A stretch of 64,000 bases of DNA from Octopus vulgaris. Its lineage: Eukaryota. The stretch is from contig OX597817.1 of NCBI GenBank assembly GCA_951406725.2, forward strand, positions 58,776,001-58,840,000. The letters are read 5' to 3'. Numbering within the stretch: the stretch's first letter is position 1; each line of letters begins with the position of its first letter. Positions 51,038-63,901 of the stretch are shown piece by piece. Both the position numbers and the translations under genes were made by a program. A model generated the notes under the pieces. That model saw nothing but the letters and a program-made list of their open reading frames with translations, was not told the origin of the DNA and searched no databases.

Positions 51038-52699
51038 GGCTGTTTGCCAGCCTCCCCTGGCCCCTGTACCTGTGGCACGTAAAAAGCACCCACTACACTC
51101 ACGGAGTGGTTGGCGTTAGGAAGAGCATCCAACTGTAGAAACACTGCCAGATCAGACTAGAGCCTGCTGCAGCCTCCATGGCTTACCAGACCCCAGTTGA
51201 ACCGTCCAACCCATGCTAGCATGGAAAACGGACCTATGATGATATATAAATCTTTAGTTAAATATATTCAATGAGAATATTATATACTGAATTTACTGTG
51301 AGTGCTCAATTGTATCAAAGTATTAATACTATTAAAGTATTTATATATTTAATACGAGTGATTATATATATTTTATAATATATTATTATCAATATCAGGA
51401 AATCAATATTAGAAAATTCTTCAGAAAGATGTAAAATTATTGTTGTATTAAAAATATAAATAAGTATAAATATATAATGTATATGACAGTTTAAAAGTTT
51501 TGAATTAAGTTTTTAGAGCATCTTACAATCGTTTCACAGAAGTGCTGTCCCTATAATGAAATCCTATATTGATAAGCATTTATAGACAACTCTTCTGCTC
51601 TTCAGAGATATAAAATTTGAATTTTGTATAAATATATCAAATGGTAGTTTTTGAAATATGAAGTAATACTATAAAATGGTGTTTGTTTGAAATATAAATC
51701 AAAAATTAAAAATTACTGCTTTTGATTTTGGTAAGTACACTTTAGTATGAGAGTCTTTGAATCCATATATTCTTCCTTGGTAAGTCTTCTGTAATAATCC
51801 ATAATAGTTATGTGTAAAATCCGTTATATTGTCCTGTATTCCAAATATAGTTCATAGACTTAGATAATATAGAATAATGGAATCCTATATTGATAAGCAT
51901 TTTTAGATAACTCTTCTGCTCTTCAGTAATATCAAATGTGAAACTTGTATAATTTGACAAATGGTAGTTTTTAAAAAAAATTATGAAGTAATATGGGAAA
52001 ATGGTGTTTGTTTGAATTTCGAATATTGATTTCCTGATATTAATAATATTATAAAATATATATACACACACATATATATAAATACATGCAGATGTATATA
52101 TTTCTGCACAGTATATTATTAGACAAAGTAAACGTCCATGAGAAAACTGAAAAACTGTGTTTTTTTTAATGAAGTTTGTAGTAATATTTGTTCTGCACCA
52201 CCTCACAGACACTTCCTTGTCACGCTCACCCTTAGAAATGCAGTAAACCCCTGACAGGCCTTTTGGAAACAGATCACTAATGATCCTATTGTTCACTAAT
52301 AGCAATATCAAAATAGTTTTGTTTTAAAATTTGTTTGATTCACCTCCTCCAGTGAGATAATTAACAAAATACAGCAATATTTCTGTACTTTAGAAGCAAA
52401 GCACTTAGGAAATTCTTGTCATAATGCAGAATTCCTTTCCCCATTGATGTTCATGTTAAAAAGTGAAAATATGTTCCAACAGATTTTTCTATAAAACAAC
52501 AAGAAAGCAACATGACAACTTTTATGTATGAAAATAACAATCTCTAAAGATACGTGCTAAAAGATGTCTACATAAAAAATGTTGAAGAGAAACACGTTAG
52601 GGAATAAATAAGAATCGTTATAGCAGAATGGGGTACGTTCTTAGCATAAAGGATGTTGACTATGGAGTGAGGGGTGATGTGGAGGATGAAGAACACCAT

Positions 52700-53190
52700 C
52701 TTCTATCTTATAATTCATCATTATCAATATCAAGGATTGAAAAATTTATCCAAAATTCTATGATGTTTATGGTGCATCACTTCTTTGGACAGCTCAGTGT
52801 AGGAACTGAACTTATTGTAAATTCTTCTTGGAATTATTCTATGTCCACAATTAGGATTGCCATTAGCAGAAACTTGCAGATTTTCCTCTTCTAAATACCA
52901 TTCCTATTGCAATATTCTTTGCGTTTAAGTGGAGTTGATGGAATTTCCATATTTTTATCTGTATTCTCATCTTGTTTATGCTCAAAGTTCTTCTTTAGAT
53001 AAAACTGTCTCTATGGGACCCTAACAACTCAACCATATAGTCCTCTATCACGTCTTCAAACCCTACATCATTTGCAAGGGTCACAATATCTTCCTTAATT
53101 TCACATAGACATTCTGGTTTGTGCAAACCTGGCAAAATTACACATACAGTCTGGCCATGTGTTTTGCCAAGCATCATTCAAAGAAAACTT
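52700..53190 (-). pseudogene. Tigger/pogo transposase C-terminal remnant
   Basis: EIKEDIVTLANDVGFEDVIEDYMVELLGSH resembles the acidic Tigger C-terminus (EIV.LA...G...V.E.DV.ELL.SH). Confidence 0.7.
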
Positions 53191-54183
53191 CACTAAAAGT
53201 TTACAGTGACATATGCACAAACGCTTGCATACACTTACATGCACGCATGCACATGTGCGCACGCGTGTGTGTGTATACGATGATAATAGTTTTGCAAATT
53301 ATTAACTAACCTAAGATCTTAGGTAAAATGCCAAGAAGCAGCATTTTCGCTAAGAAGAAAGAACAGTATTTAAATTCTTATAATTCATCTGCATTTCCAT
53401 AAGGATTGAAATTGCAGACAGTATCCTACAATAAATGGTCAAATTTCCATGGAATTCCATAACTTGAGGCAGCGATAATGCAGCAAAGGTGTATCCCTTT
53501 AGTTAATTCTTGATATAAAAATTACAGATGCCAAGACGGGTGTTTGTAAATGATTTATAAATGATGCAAAAACAATATAAAGAATTTAGTATTGCAAGAG
53601 AAGAAGTGGTTAAAATGTTGCTTAACATCAGGTCAGACTTAATAAAGCAGACCTATGAGCAATGGTATTCCAGTTGTGATCAGAAAAACACAACAGCACA
53701 TCTAGGATGGTGTATTTACGACTGCATTATTCATTCAGTCCTTCACAATTTTCTTCACAAGAGGATGTGATTTGAGAAAGATTTGGCTGTTATTTTTAGC
53801 AAGTCAAGAGACTACATGGAAGCTGGTTTGTCAAACAGTTACGAGGTGTTGACAGGAGGAAAGATGAAGAGATACGTTAGTTGAAGGAATAATGTTTCTT
53901 CAGAGATCTGTCAGGTCCACAGAAGTGATAAATTGATGGGAGGAGGAGGGGAGAGAGAGGAATAGAGAGAGAAAGATGGAGAGAGAAAAGTTATTGAAGT
54001 AACAGGCTGTTGAGAGAGAGAGGGGAGACACGTGTAAGATAGAGAAATTGGGGGGGAGAGAGTGAGGAGGAGAGAGAACCGATAAGACAGAGAAAGAGTT
54101 ATTGAATTGATAGATTGATGAAAGAGAGAGATTGTAAAAGAGTGTGTCCAATATTTTTTTTTCAATTAGTTTTCATAGGAAGA

Positions 54184-54647
54184 ATTCCAACCGTGTTTTG
54201 TGGTTCGCTACCTCAACAACTCCTTTACAGGATCCAGAGGCTAAGGACATCATCAGGAGAAACCACGTCCGGTTTTGGCCCCTACTCCTCTACTGCTTTC
54301 AACATGGTGGGGTCCCCCTTTCGGAGGTGTCTTCATCTCTGGTGTTGAGTGTGTTTCTTCTTTCTCCTTTTTTCTTCTGTTCTTTGGTTTCTTCGATGCA
54401 GCATCAACGAGTGTCAGCAAACGACTGACCATTCTGCCAAATTTCCCTTTATATACTCACTGGTAGGCTCCAGCAGCCAGCACCAGCTAACTGTCATGTG
54501 ACACTGTCTTAGCTTCAACTGACTAATGGAGGGAAAGGGCGCGTAGTTTTGGCCCACGCCCTCTCTAAACCTGCCTTTCAACAGTGTCGTGTTAGTTTCA
54601 GTTCCAGCAGAGCTGACCAGCTGTTTGGTGGAGCAAGCCTTCGAACC
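54184..54647 (-). mobile_element. Unclassified ~460-bp LTR/pseudo-LTR-like repeat, copy 2
   Basis: Colinear with 23474-23928; minus-strand TATATAAAGG. Confidence 0.7.
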
Positions 54648-55097
54648 AGAAACAAAACAAACTAAAACTGGAATATTACCAAATTACAAAATTATAACAC
54701 AACAATATACATAAAATGTTGTTTATATAATATCGAAGTTTGACAGTAAAGAGTCAGCCATTTCGACTACACTAAAGATATGAGGAAAATCATTTGTCAC
54801 TCTGCCATTTTTTACCATCCTTTCAAAAAGATGTCCCTATTGGTGACACACATAAAACAACCATACTGGTGTCAAGAATAAAGCACCCATGATGGTGCCA
54901 CATACAAAGTATTCATGCCAGCACCATGTCCATTCTGTAAAGGGGCTGGTGTTAGGAAGGACATGTGTATATTATTGAGGCATTGTTTTACAACTGGATG
55001 CCCTTCCTGTTGCTAACTTTTGCCTATTTCTCAGGTCTTTGAAGACATGACGTGAAAGAATGATTAATTAACAGGAGAAGTGACAACAACAGTAACG

Positions 55098-55324
55098 AGC
55101 ATATGGCTTAGTGGGTAAGAGCACAGGCTACTAACCCTAAGAGTTCGAGTTTGATTCCAAGCAGTGACAACAACAACAACATCGAAAAATACCTTAGGGA
55201 TGAGAACCCAGGTTCAAAATTTCCCCAAGACACCTGATGAAGGCTGGAGGGTATATCAGCCGAAACATTGTGTTAACAACAAACAAGATGAGGACAAATA
55301 TCCGTCAAATGTAAATAATGAACA
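55098..55324 (+). mobile_element. tRNA-headed short element carrying a hammerhead (retrozyme/Smα-like)
   Basis: A-box TGGCTTAGTGG, B-box GAGTTTGATTCC, (CAA)n linker, then the hammerhead. Confidence 0.8.
55229..55274 (+). ncRNA. Minimal type I hammerhead ribozyme motif
   Basis: GACAC-CTGATGA-A-GGCTG-GAGGGTATAT-CAGCC-GAAA-CATT-GTGTT; stems I and II pair fully. Confidence 0.8.
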
Positions 55325-55904
55325 GTAACACTTGTAAGAGCATGCTAGCATAAACAAACTCATATATACATGCACACACATACACATGTATACATACATA
55401 CATGCACACATCATCATCATCATCCTCATCACATATATATATATATATATACACATACATACATATACACACAAGCACACACACACATATATAAATATAT
55501 ATATACACACACATCATCGTTTAATGTCCGTTTTCCATGCTATACACATCTATAAAAAAAACTGGTGCTCTGTCTGTTATGATGACAAGATTTCCTGTTG
55601 ATCCAATCAATGGAACAGCCTGCTTGTGGAATTAACATGCAAGTGGCTGAATACTCCACAGACACGTGTACCCTTAACATAGTTCTCAGGGAGATTCAGT
55701 GTGGCACAGAATGTGACAAGGCAATAAAATGTTTAAGGTCAGAGAGATGAGGTGAAGCATTAAGTGAAGGGCTGTAGAGATGTAGAGCATCGGAATGTCA
55801 GAAAGGGTTGATGAGAACAAGTTGTTATGACAAGATGTGGCTTGATACTACAGGAATGGTATATTACATTATGGCAACAGGGGAGTATAAGACTTTCAGG
55901 AAGG

Positions 55905-56578
55905 CACTGGCACTCTGCTGGTTATAACGATGAAGGTTCCAGCTGATCCAATCAATGGAACAGCCTCTGCTCGTGAAATTAACATGCAAGTGGCTCAGTA
56001 CTCCACAGACACATGTCATCATCATCATAGCTTGGCTTCGCAAACGAAGATCAGGAAGGCTGTCCATGTCGCGTGCATGCATGCTCATGACTGACAAGTC
56101 CGATATAGGAAAGGCAGGTCCGTGAGCAGTGTCCACAGACGAAGGTAACATCCTGTGTGGTGACAGAGGCGGCTCGTGCCTTCCTTCTGCATCTCTTGTC
56201 TTTAAGCGCATCTCTTCTTTGTTCCTCAAACTTGCTGACTGTGTTGAAGATCATGTGGCGCCAGACATCACAGTCCGCAGCCAGGTCTGACCAGCATTGG
56301 TGGTTAATATGACATGCTGTTAGAGACTTCTTGAGGCAGTCTTTGTAGAGCTTCTCCTCACATGGTGGCCATGTACTCTTAATGTAACTCTCAGGGAGAT
56401 TCAGCATGACACAGAATGTGACAAGGCTGGCCCATTGAATTACTGGTACAATTCATTTTTGCCAGCTGAGTGGACTGGACCAAGGGGAAATAAAATGTCT
56501 TGCTGAAGGACACAACACATTGCCAGGTATTGAACTCGTGACCTTAGAATCGTGGGCCAAATACCTTAACCACTATGT
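55905..56578 (-). mobile_element. SINE family D interrupted by an RTE LINE
   Basis: The two halves rejoin to match the uninterrupted copies at 31443 and 55600. Confidence 0.9.
56017..56369 (-). mobile_element. 5'-truncated RTE LINE 3' end
   Basis: YKDCLKKSL..W.DLAAD..WR..FVCGHCSRTCLSYIGLVSHEHAC*, then a short UTR and (ATG)n tail; CATGT duplicated at both junctions. Confidence 0.9.
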
Positions 56579-57057
56579 CACTCATAAGGCTTTTAATGGG
56601 CTCCTAACCATGCATCTCAGTTTCAATTCCTGACTGAAACAGTTTCATATCTCTTACACCATTAACAGTTGTTAACAGTTGGAAACATTATACAACTTTG
56701 ATCAGCCCTACTGACCTAAATAGCAGATCAACATTCCATGCATGGCTGGTTAAATGTGGCCCTTATGAGATCCAGAATTTTCCCAGAAGTCCCAAAGTTC
56801 ATAACCACTTTATTGGACCTAATTTCACACCTTCTCTCTCTCTCTCTCTCTCTTTCCTGTAAAATATGGCTAACAGCTTTCCCAAGAGAATTCTCTGTAA
56901 TAGAAGGAAATAATATTTCAAGCTAATATCTACACTGAATTTCTCAGTCTAGGAATGCAACTAAGGGTTGTGGGCACAGCATGCTTTTCTTTCATTTCTT
57001 TTTTTCTCGACAAACCTTATGGAAGGATTTTGTGCATCAAAATTTTGAAAACAAAAA

Positions 57058-57452
57058 TCTCTCTATATATAAAGCTGAAGTTGTCTGTGTATGGCAGGTT
57101 TGGTAGCCTTCAACTAACACTATCTCCTCCAAGACCCTGCAGCGCAAGTTGACCAAAATTGAGAGTATGATAGAAGAAGGCTTGTTCTTCATTCCGTAGA
57201 AGAAAGAATTCAAATCAGACCATATTAACACCAAAAATTATTTACATCAAAAAGATGCTTTTTTTTTTCTATGAAAATCCCAATTTTTTACGATTTTTTT
57301 ACTGCTGTGTCGCCATTTTTTGGTGTATTTCAACCAGAAAAATATTCACTTAAAGAGAATAACAAGCTACATAATGCAAAATTTTTACTTTTCAAAAATT
57401 CCAATTCTAATGGGTCAAAACAAACCCAAGCAACACCGGGCGATACTGCTAG
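57058..57452 (+). mobile_element. Non-autonomous Helitron
   Basis: A|TC start, hairpin CCCAAGCAACACCGGG, CTAG|T end. Confidence 0.9.
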
Positions 57453-58099
57453 TTTTTAATAAAATAAAACTTTAATAGGCCTCACTTTTCTTTTTTTTTT
57501 TTTTACTTGCTGGGATTTGATGGAGGGACCTTCACACATTGGTAAGGCTGGTGCTATTAATGGTGCCCTTGAACTTTTGCAAGTCAACAGTGGTATGAAA
57601 GACCTGCACAGAGTGGGAATTCAAGAAGGGGGGACAGGGCATGGGGACTAGTGTGGGGTTGGGGGTTTGAACACAACAAGGGTGAAAAAAGAAGTAATAT
57701 TCAACCAGTGTGTGTGTTATTACTGGTGTAATGATCCTCACAAAACACAGGATTAATTTAAAACATTGTTTTGAATCAGTCATGTATTATCTCATAGTTT
57801 TGAGATATTGATGTGTTTGCATAGTTTTAGAATGGCATTGTTGGGTAGGTGTGAGAAGCCAGACCTGGCCAATTCGAACATGTAAAGGTAGAATGTTTGG
57901 GCTGGATATGGCCAGTTTAATGCAAAATAGTTAAACAAATGACTGATTTGTTAGTTGGTTAGATATCTGACCAAGTGACAAACAAGAAAGTGATAGTGAA
58001 CCAGTGTGTGTGTGTTATTGGTGTAATGATCCTCCCAAAAAGACAAGACTTATTTCAACACAAATTCACATAAAAAAATCTTGCAAAACCAAATTCAAA

Positions 58100-58402
58100 A
58101 ATAAGCACCATCCGAATGTGGCCGATGCCAACGTCACCTTGACTGGCTTCCGTGCCGGTGGCACATAAAAAGCACCAACCGATTGTGGCCGTTGCGAGCC
58201 TCGCCTGGCACCTGTGCCTGTAGCATGTAAAAAGCACCCACTACACTCACGGAGTGGTTGGCATTAGGAAGAGCATCCAGCTGTAGAAACACTGCCAGAT
58301 CAGACTGGAGCCTGGTGCAGCCGTCTGGCTTCCCAGACCCCGGTCGAACCGTCCAACCCATGCTAGCATGGAAAACGGATGTTAAACGATGATGATGATG
58401 AT
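58100..58402 (+). mobile_element. SINE family C
   Basis: Colinear with 50380-50689; (GAT)n tail. Confidence 0.9.
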
Positions 58403-59067
58403 GAAATGAAATATTTGGTTTACAACACAAACATAAAAAAAAGAAAATCCAAACCACTATATTAATGGCAACTTTCTAAGGGCTCGGTAGAATTTTAGCA
58501 AGGCAAGAAGAATATATATTTTTTTTCTCTCTCCCTCACATTTCCACCTCCCTAACATATCTAATCCCACAACCATTTAACAGCAGATGTTCTAAGTAAA
58601 TATAAATCTTCCTTGCAAACAAGATAACAGGCTCTCCCTGTTACCAGATGCTTGTTTGATGGTGTGGAGGAGGAGGTGCGATGGCAGGGAGAAGTCTTTA
58701 GCAGCAAGTTGCGGGGCTGTTGTTCTTCGAAAACTTACAAACGTGGCAGAATCCGTCAACTGGATCACAGACAGAAGCAGAGAGAGAGAGAGAGAGGGGG
58801 AGGAACCGGCATCACTTAACAGACAGCACTGTGTTACACAAACACCTCTCTACGCTCTTTTCCTCTCTCTCTCTCTCACACATACACACTATCTCTCTAA
58901 CTTTCTGACTCTCTCTCTTCCTCTCCATCTATCTCACTTTCATCCTTTCTTCTCTCTCTCCTTCATTTCTCTGTCTCTCTCTCTCTATCTCTATATATAT
59001 ATACATACATTCTCTATCCCCTATCTATCTATCTATCTGTCTGTCTATCAATTTATCTGTCTATCTA

Positions 59068-59133
<66 letters not shown>

Positions 59134-59537
59134 TGTCTTTCTGTCTGCCTGTCTATCTATCTCCCTCTCATCAACGTCAGTTTATGACATCATAAAAAAT
59201 GTAACTTCAACTTCATCATGAAAGAATGAAGAAATCCTTATAAAAAACGAAATTAAGAAACCATTAAATATAATTTTAAAAAAGAATTATTATTTTCATT
59301 GCTATCATTATAAATAATTCATCATCATCATCATCATCATCATTATTATTGTTATTACAGAGTTCTTAGTTTTGACTGAGTTTTCAACAACAGTTGTGCT
59401 GACTCAGACAATTTTCACCATTATTCAAAAATCGGTTCCAGCTAAAAATAAATTCCCCCTAAAATGGTCTTTCTTTTTTTTTTTTTTTATCAAGTAGACG
59501 ATATATATTTCTAAGACTTTATCGAGTGTTAAGTGTT

Positions 59538-59577
<40 letters not shown>

Positions 59578-60769
59578 GGTTTTTTAATGTTTTACGAGAT
59601 TTCTAAAAATGATAAGGATACCGAAAATGACGGCAATGATGATGATGACCACGAAGACGAACGATTATGATGATGATGGTGATGACGGACGATGCTGACG
59701 ATGTTTATGATGACGACGACCACGACGATGATGATGATGATAACGACCAAGACGATGGTTATTATTATTATCATTATTATTATTATTATTATTACGACAA
59801 TGATACAACGGGTACAGGTGAACTGAAGCTAAATTCATTGGCTCCTTAAAACATTCCAGAATCTATATTTTTATCATTTTTTCCTCTGTTTCCTCCCCAC
59901 CCCCGTCTTTTAGCGTTAGATATCTTTTATTTCGTTTGAGGATATTACAATAAAAATTCAGAACAACAATTCCAGTAACGAAAGGCAAAAGAAAGCACGA
60001 TTCAATAATAATAATAATAATAATAAAAAACAGCGAGAAAATGGCAAAAAGGACCACAACGACGAGGCTAGGAAGAACCAGAGAATATGAGTTTTTATAT
60101 ATATATATATACATACACACACATATATATAAATATATATATACACACACGCATACGTGTGAGTGTAATTAATTATTAATTATAGTTCTAATTTGTTTAT
60201 TAAACGAGTAACAACTTCAAGCAAAATATCTAAAATCTTTTTTTTTTTAGTATTTTTACTATTTTAACCATATTTCCACCACCCCATTTAACCTTTAAAT
60301 TAAAGAATTTCTACAAAATATCCGAAATTTGAAAAAAAAAATATGGAGTCTACAAAATTCTTAATTGCGTTAAAAACTAATTACTTTTCTAAAACATTTT
60401 GTAGAAGAGTTAAGTGGAGAACAAACAGACAGACAGGGATGCTGTTATAAAAGAATGTCTTGTAATAATGTTTATTATTAGAGAAATAAAATTAGAGAAA
60501 TAAAGAGAAAATAAAATTGTCATCAGTTTGACAACTACGGAAGACATATGTACACTTTAGGGCCCCATCATCCCTACAACATTATTTCTTTTTCATTTGG
60601 TAGTCTTTAATTTATTTTCATGAAAATTTCAGAAGAGAAGTTTTCGATGGCATAAATGACGATTATGCCAATGCAATTTTTTTCGTATAAAAAAAATTAT
60701 GCTTTTCTTTTGTATTAAGAAAGAAAACATGTTCAAATCCTTTTGTTCGTTTCATAAATAACTCATGTT

Positions 60770-61020
60770 CATTCCTCGACCGGGTCCCATATGACCCTTA
60801 GGAATCCATATAAGATTTTATTGTTAAAGCTTTATGTGCAATACATTGGTTATGTTTGTACACAGAATATTTTAACAATTTTTTTTATATACAATATCTA
60901 ATAATATTTAATGATAAAAATATAAGATATATTAAAGTATCGAATGACTAAGAGGGTCCATCTGAGTAAAAGAGAAATGAAAGGAAGTCCACGGGTGAAA
61001 AAAGGGCCAGGAACCGCTGC
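60770..61020. mobile_element. Degenerate hAT MITE, inverted relative to 5392-5700
   Basis: CCATATGACCC..TATGTGCAATA matches the reverse complement of the other copies; ends in GAACCGCTG. Confidence 0.6.
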
Positions 61021-61329
61021 TTTAGACTCTACTGTCTCAAGTCCTATGACTCACAGGAGCGGCTGCCTGGTTCTCAGGGTGTATGAGGAGCCGAGGTGGT
61101 AACGGTCTCTCCGTCGCAGGATTTCGCTTTTGGAGCTGAGTGGACTTCAGCAACATGAAATGAAGTGTTTTGCTCAAGAGAGCAACGTACAACCAGTCAG
61201 GAACCCTAATCACTGGGCCACGCGCCTTCCGTGACCATCACACAACATAAAAATAACTCTATGACACTGATAGCCTCTATTATCAACATGTTAAATGAAA
61301 TTCCGAATTTACGTTCAGTCTAAACTCTA

Positions 61330-61673
61330 TCGGAATGTCACATAAATCCATTCGTTTCTGTTTTTTCCCCCACTTTATTTTAATTTAATGCTTATAATGT
61401 TATTGAATTAACATGAAATAAATATTTTCGTGTTTTATGATATTTTTTAAAGTTCTCTTCTTCTTCTGCAACAGTTGTTTGTCCTTTTTGAAATTGGAAC
61501 AAATTTTAATTCTTTACAGCGATATGTCGATGGAGTACCGAGTAGAAAAAAAAAATTGGCACTTTTCGACACCTGCTCTTCTTCGGTTTCAAAGAAGGTT
61601 CCAAACTTACCGAAGTCGCAAAAGACATTTGTGCTGTGGACAAAGAAGGCACTATTACCAAAAGAATTACACG
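61330..61673 (+). pseudogene. Mariner 5' fragment (N-terminal HTH region)
   Basis: ATG at 61530; with one frameshift it reads MEYRVEKKNWHF/RHLLFFGFKEGSKLTEVAKDICAVDKEGTITKR. Confidence 0.8.
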
Positions 61674-62071
61674 GAAGGGCCATTCGCATGGAAATTTTTA
61701 GAATGCCCAGAAAAATCACTGTAAACCTTTATACGTACGTTCAAATGGGTCATTTTCGACTATACATCGATATCGGGACTATTTCTATGGAAGACAATGA
61801 AAATGTTTGTCTTGAAAATATCACTGCAGCTTTGTCTTGCACATCGCATCAAATGAGAATTGTGACCGCAGACATCGTTGTCCAGACAATTCATTAGCAT
61901 GTTTTCGAAATTTCAAAGTTAATGTTTTTTCCCCCTCCATACACACGCAAGCATGTATGTGACTCATACACTGTTCACTTCCCACCCAGACATTTGTACA
62001 TTAAGGCACATGCTTTATACGCACTTTTAACAAGTTTTGGGGCACCTGAGCACTGTATACAATAATTTCAT

Positions 62072-62219
62072 TATTATTATTATTCTATGTTTGACTTTTG
62101 CTTTACATATTTGCACAAGCTGGCTCCAAGTCTCACCCAGAGACCTCAAGAGACAGCAGGTAGGAAGTTCGTGTTGGTGTTTGCCTAGGGTGCCATATAT
62201 TTGGTTTTGTACTTATTAT
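62072..62219 (-). mobile_element. Probable R4/Dong-like 3' UTR in (TAA)n
   Basis: TGAGGTCTCTGGGTGAGACTTG resembles TGAGGTCCTTGTTGTGACTTG at 20506; flanked by TAA repeats. Confidence 0.5.
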
Positions 62220-63266
62220 TAATATTATTATTTAAACACCATGAGGCCATTTATGCTGTTCTGGAGAAATTCAGATGAATTAGCAGTTAATATTTTCAGG
62301 TGAAAAAAAAGTTATTTTGTACGGTGTCATGTACGTCACGCTTTATACATCCTTACCGTACATTCTAAGTAAAATTAGTTTTTTTTTTGTTTTTGTTTTA
62401 CTTAATACTTGCCTGTAAAGTCAAACTTTACCGTGATAAATGAATCATAAACAATTCCCGTAAATATTCAAAGATTTACAGCTCAGATATTTCACACTTT
62501 GTCTTTGACTGTCACGTACGTCACGCGAAAGAATCGCACAGAAATGGTTTTCACGTTTCAAGGGGGTGTGGGAATTTCACCCTCCCCCCCCCCCCACAGC
62601 CAACCTGTTGAGTAGCTCATCCACAAAGAACCATGCCCCAGCAGACGAGATCCTGTCATGATACTCAGAACGTAAAGACACAAAATACCGCTTATTTGAC
62701 ATTTTCTACAAAGATTCTAAGCAATTATAAACATTCAAAGGAAGAGATGGACTGGTTTCCTTCATTTTGTATCTTTTACATGTTTCAGGACATGGACAGC
62801 AAAGCACAGCTTTTAAGGGTTTCAGTAGAACAAATCGGCCTCATCTTTTTAAGTACTAATTCTGTCGGTCATTTTCTTTTCTGCCAAACTGCGAGATGAC
62901 AGGAACGTAAACAAACCAGTATCGGTTCTTAAGCGGCGGGGGGTCAAACACACACACACGACGGATTTTTTTCTGTTTCCGTCTATCAAGTCCTCTTACA
63001 AGACTTTGGTCGGCCCAAGAGACCCCGCAATGGAATTGAACCCGAAACCATGACGTTGGGAAGCTAAAACAAAATTTTCTGGGTTTATATATTTTTTTTA
63101 AACTAACAAAAAAAAAATCTACATCTTCGACAATTTAAATCTATAAAATTTCATTTAAAGAATACGTATTACGGGAAAAATCTACGAAGAAACAAAAAGT
63201 CGGGAAGTGGTTGGTGTGACGAAGGCACGAAAACGAAGTTAATACCGACAAACATAGCAAACTATA

Positions 63267-63480
63267 TATTTCTTTATTGCCCACAAGGGGCTAAACATAG
63301 AGGGGACAAACAAGGACAGACAAACGGAAAAAGACGATAATATCGACCCCAGTGCGTAACTGGTACTTAATTTATCGACCCCGAAAGGATGAAAAGCAAA
63401 GTCGACCTCGGCGGAATTTGAACTCAGAACATAACGGCAGACGAAATACCGCTAAGCATTTCGCCCGGCTCGCCGCCTTA
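63267..63480 (-). mobile_element. SINE family B
   Basis: TSD AGCAAACTATA at 63256-63266 and 63487-63497; CpGs intact. Confidence 0.9.
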
Positions 63481-63864
63481 TAACTCAGCAAACTATAATT
63501 AAACCAACGACGAGAAAAGATTTGTGTGTTTCATATTTTCATCGTCACTTTTTGTGGGGGTGGAGAGGAAATTACCAAAAAAAAAGTTTCGAGAGACTTC
63601 TAGAAGACTAAACGCGTCAATATGGTGGGGAAGGCGAGAGAGAGAAAGCGAACACAGATAGACACGTGTAGGGGAAGTACGTGTGTGCGTGTTTATTATT
63701 ATATGGCAACAGAGAAAATCTCAAGCTATGACGGACGGCGTTACTAGTACACTTGTCTAAAGAATATTGGCCCACTTTAGAGACTAATATTGCTGCTATA
63801 AGTAGGTAGTTTACTAAAAGGAAACAACTGTAACAGATACTGTCGAAGGAGGATCAGATACTTG

Positions 63865-63901
<37 letters not shown>

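Noticed and set aside
59666-59839. Short minus-strand ORF MNLASVHLYPLYHCR...
   Set aside because: It is mostly trinucleotide repeat and under 60 aa; at best an upstream ORF in a UTR.
61475-61897. 140-aa ORF
   Set aside because: It is an off-frame reading of a decayed mariner fragment.
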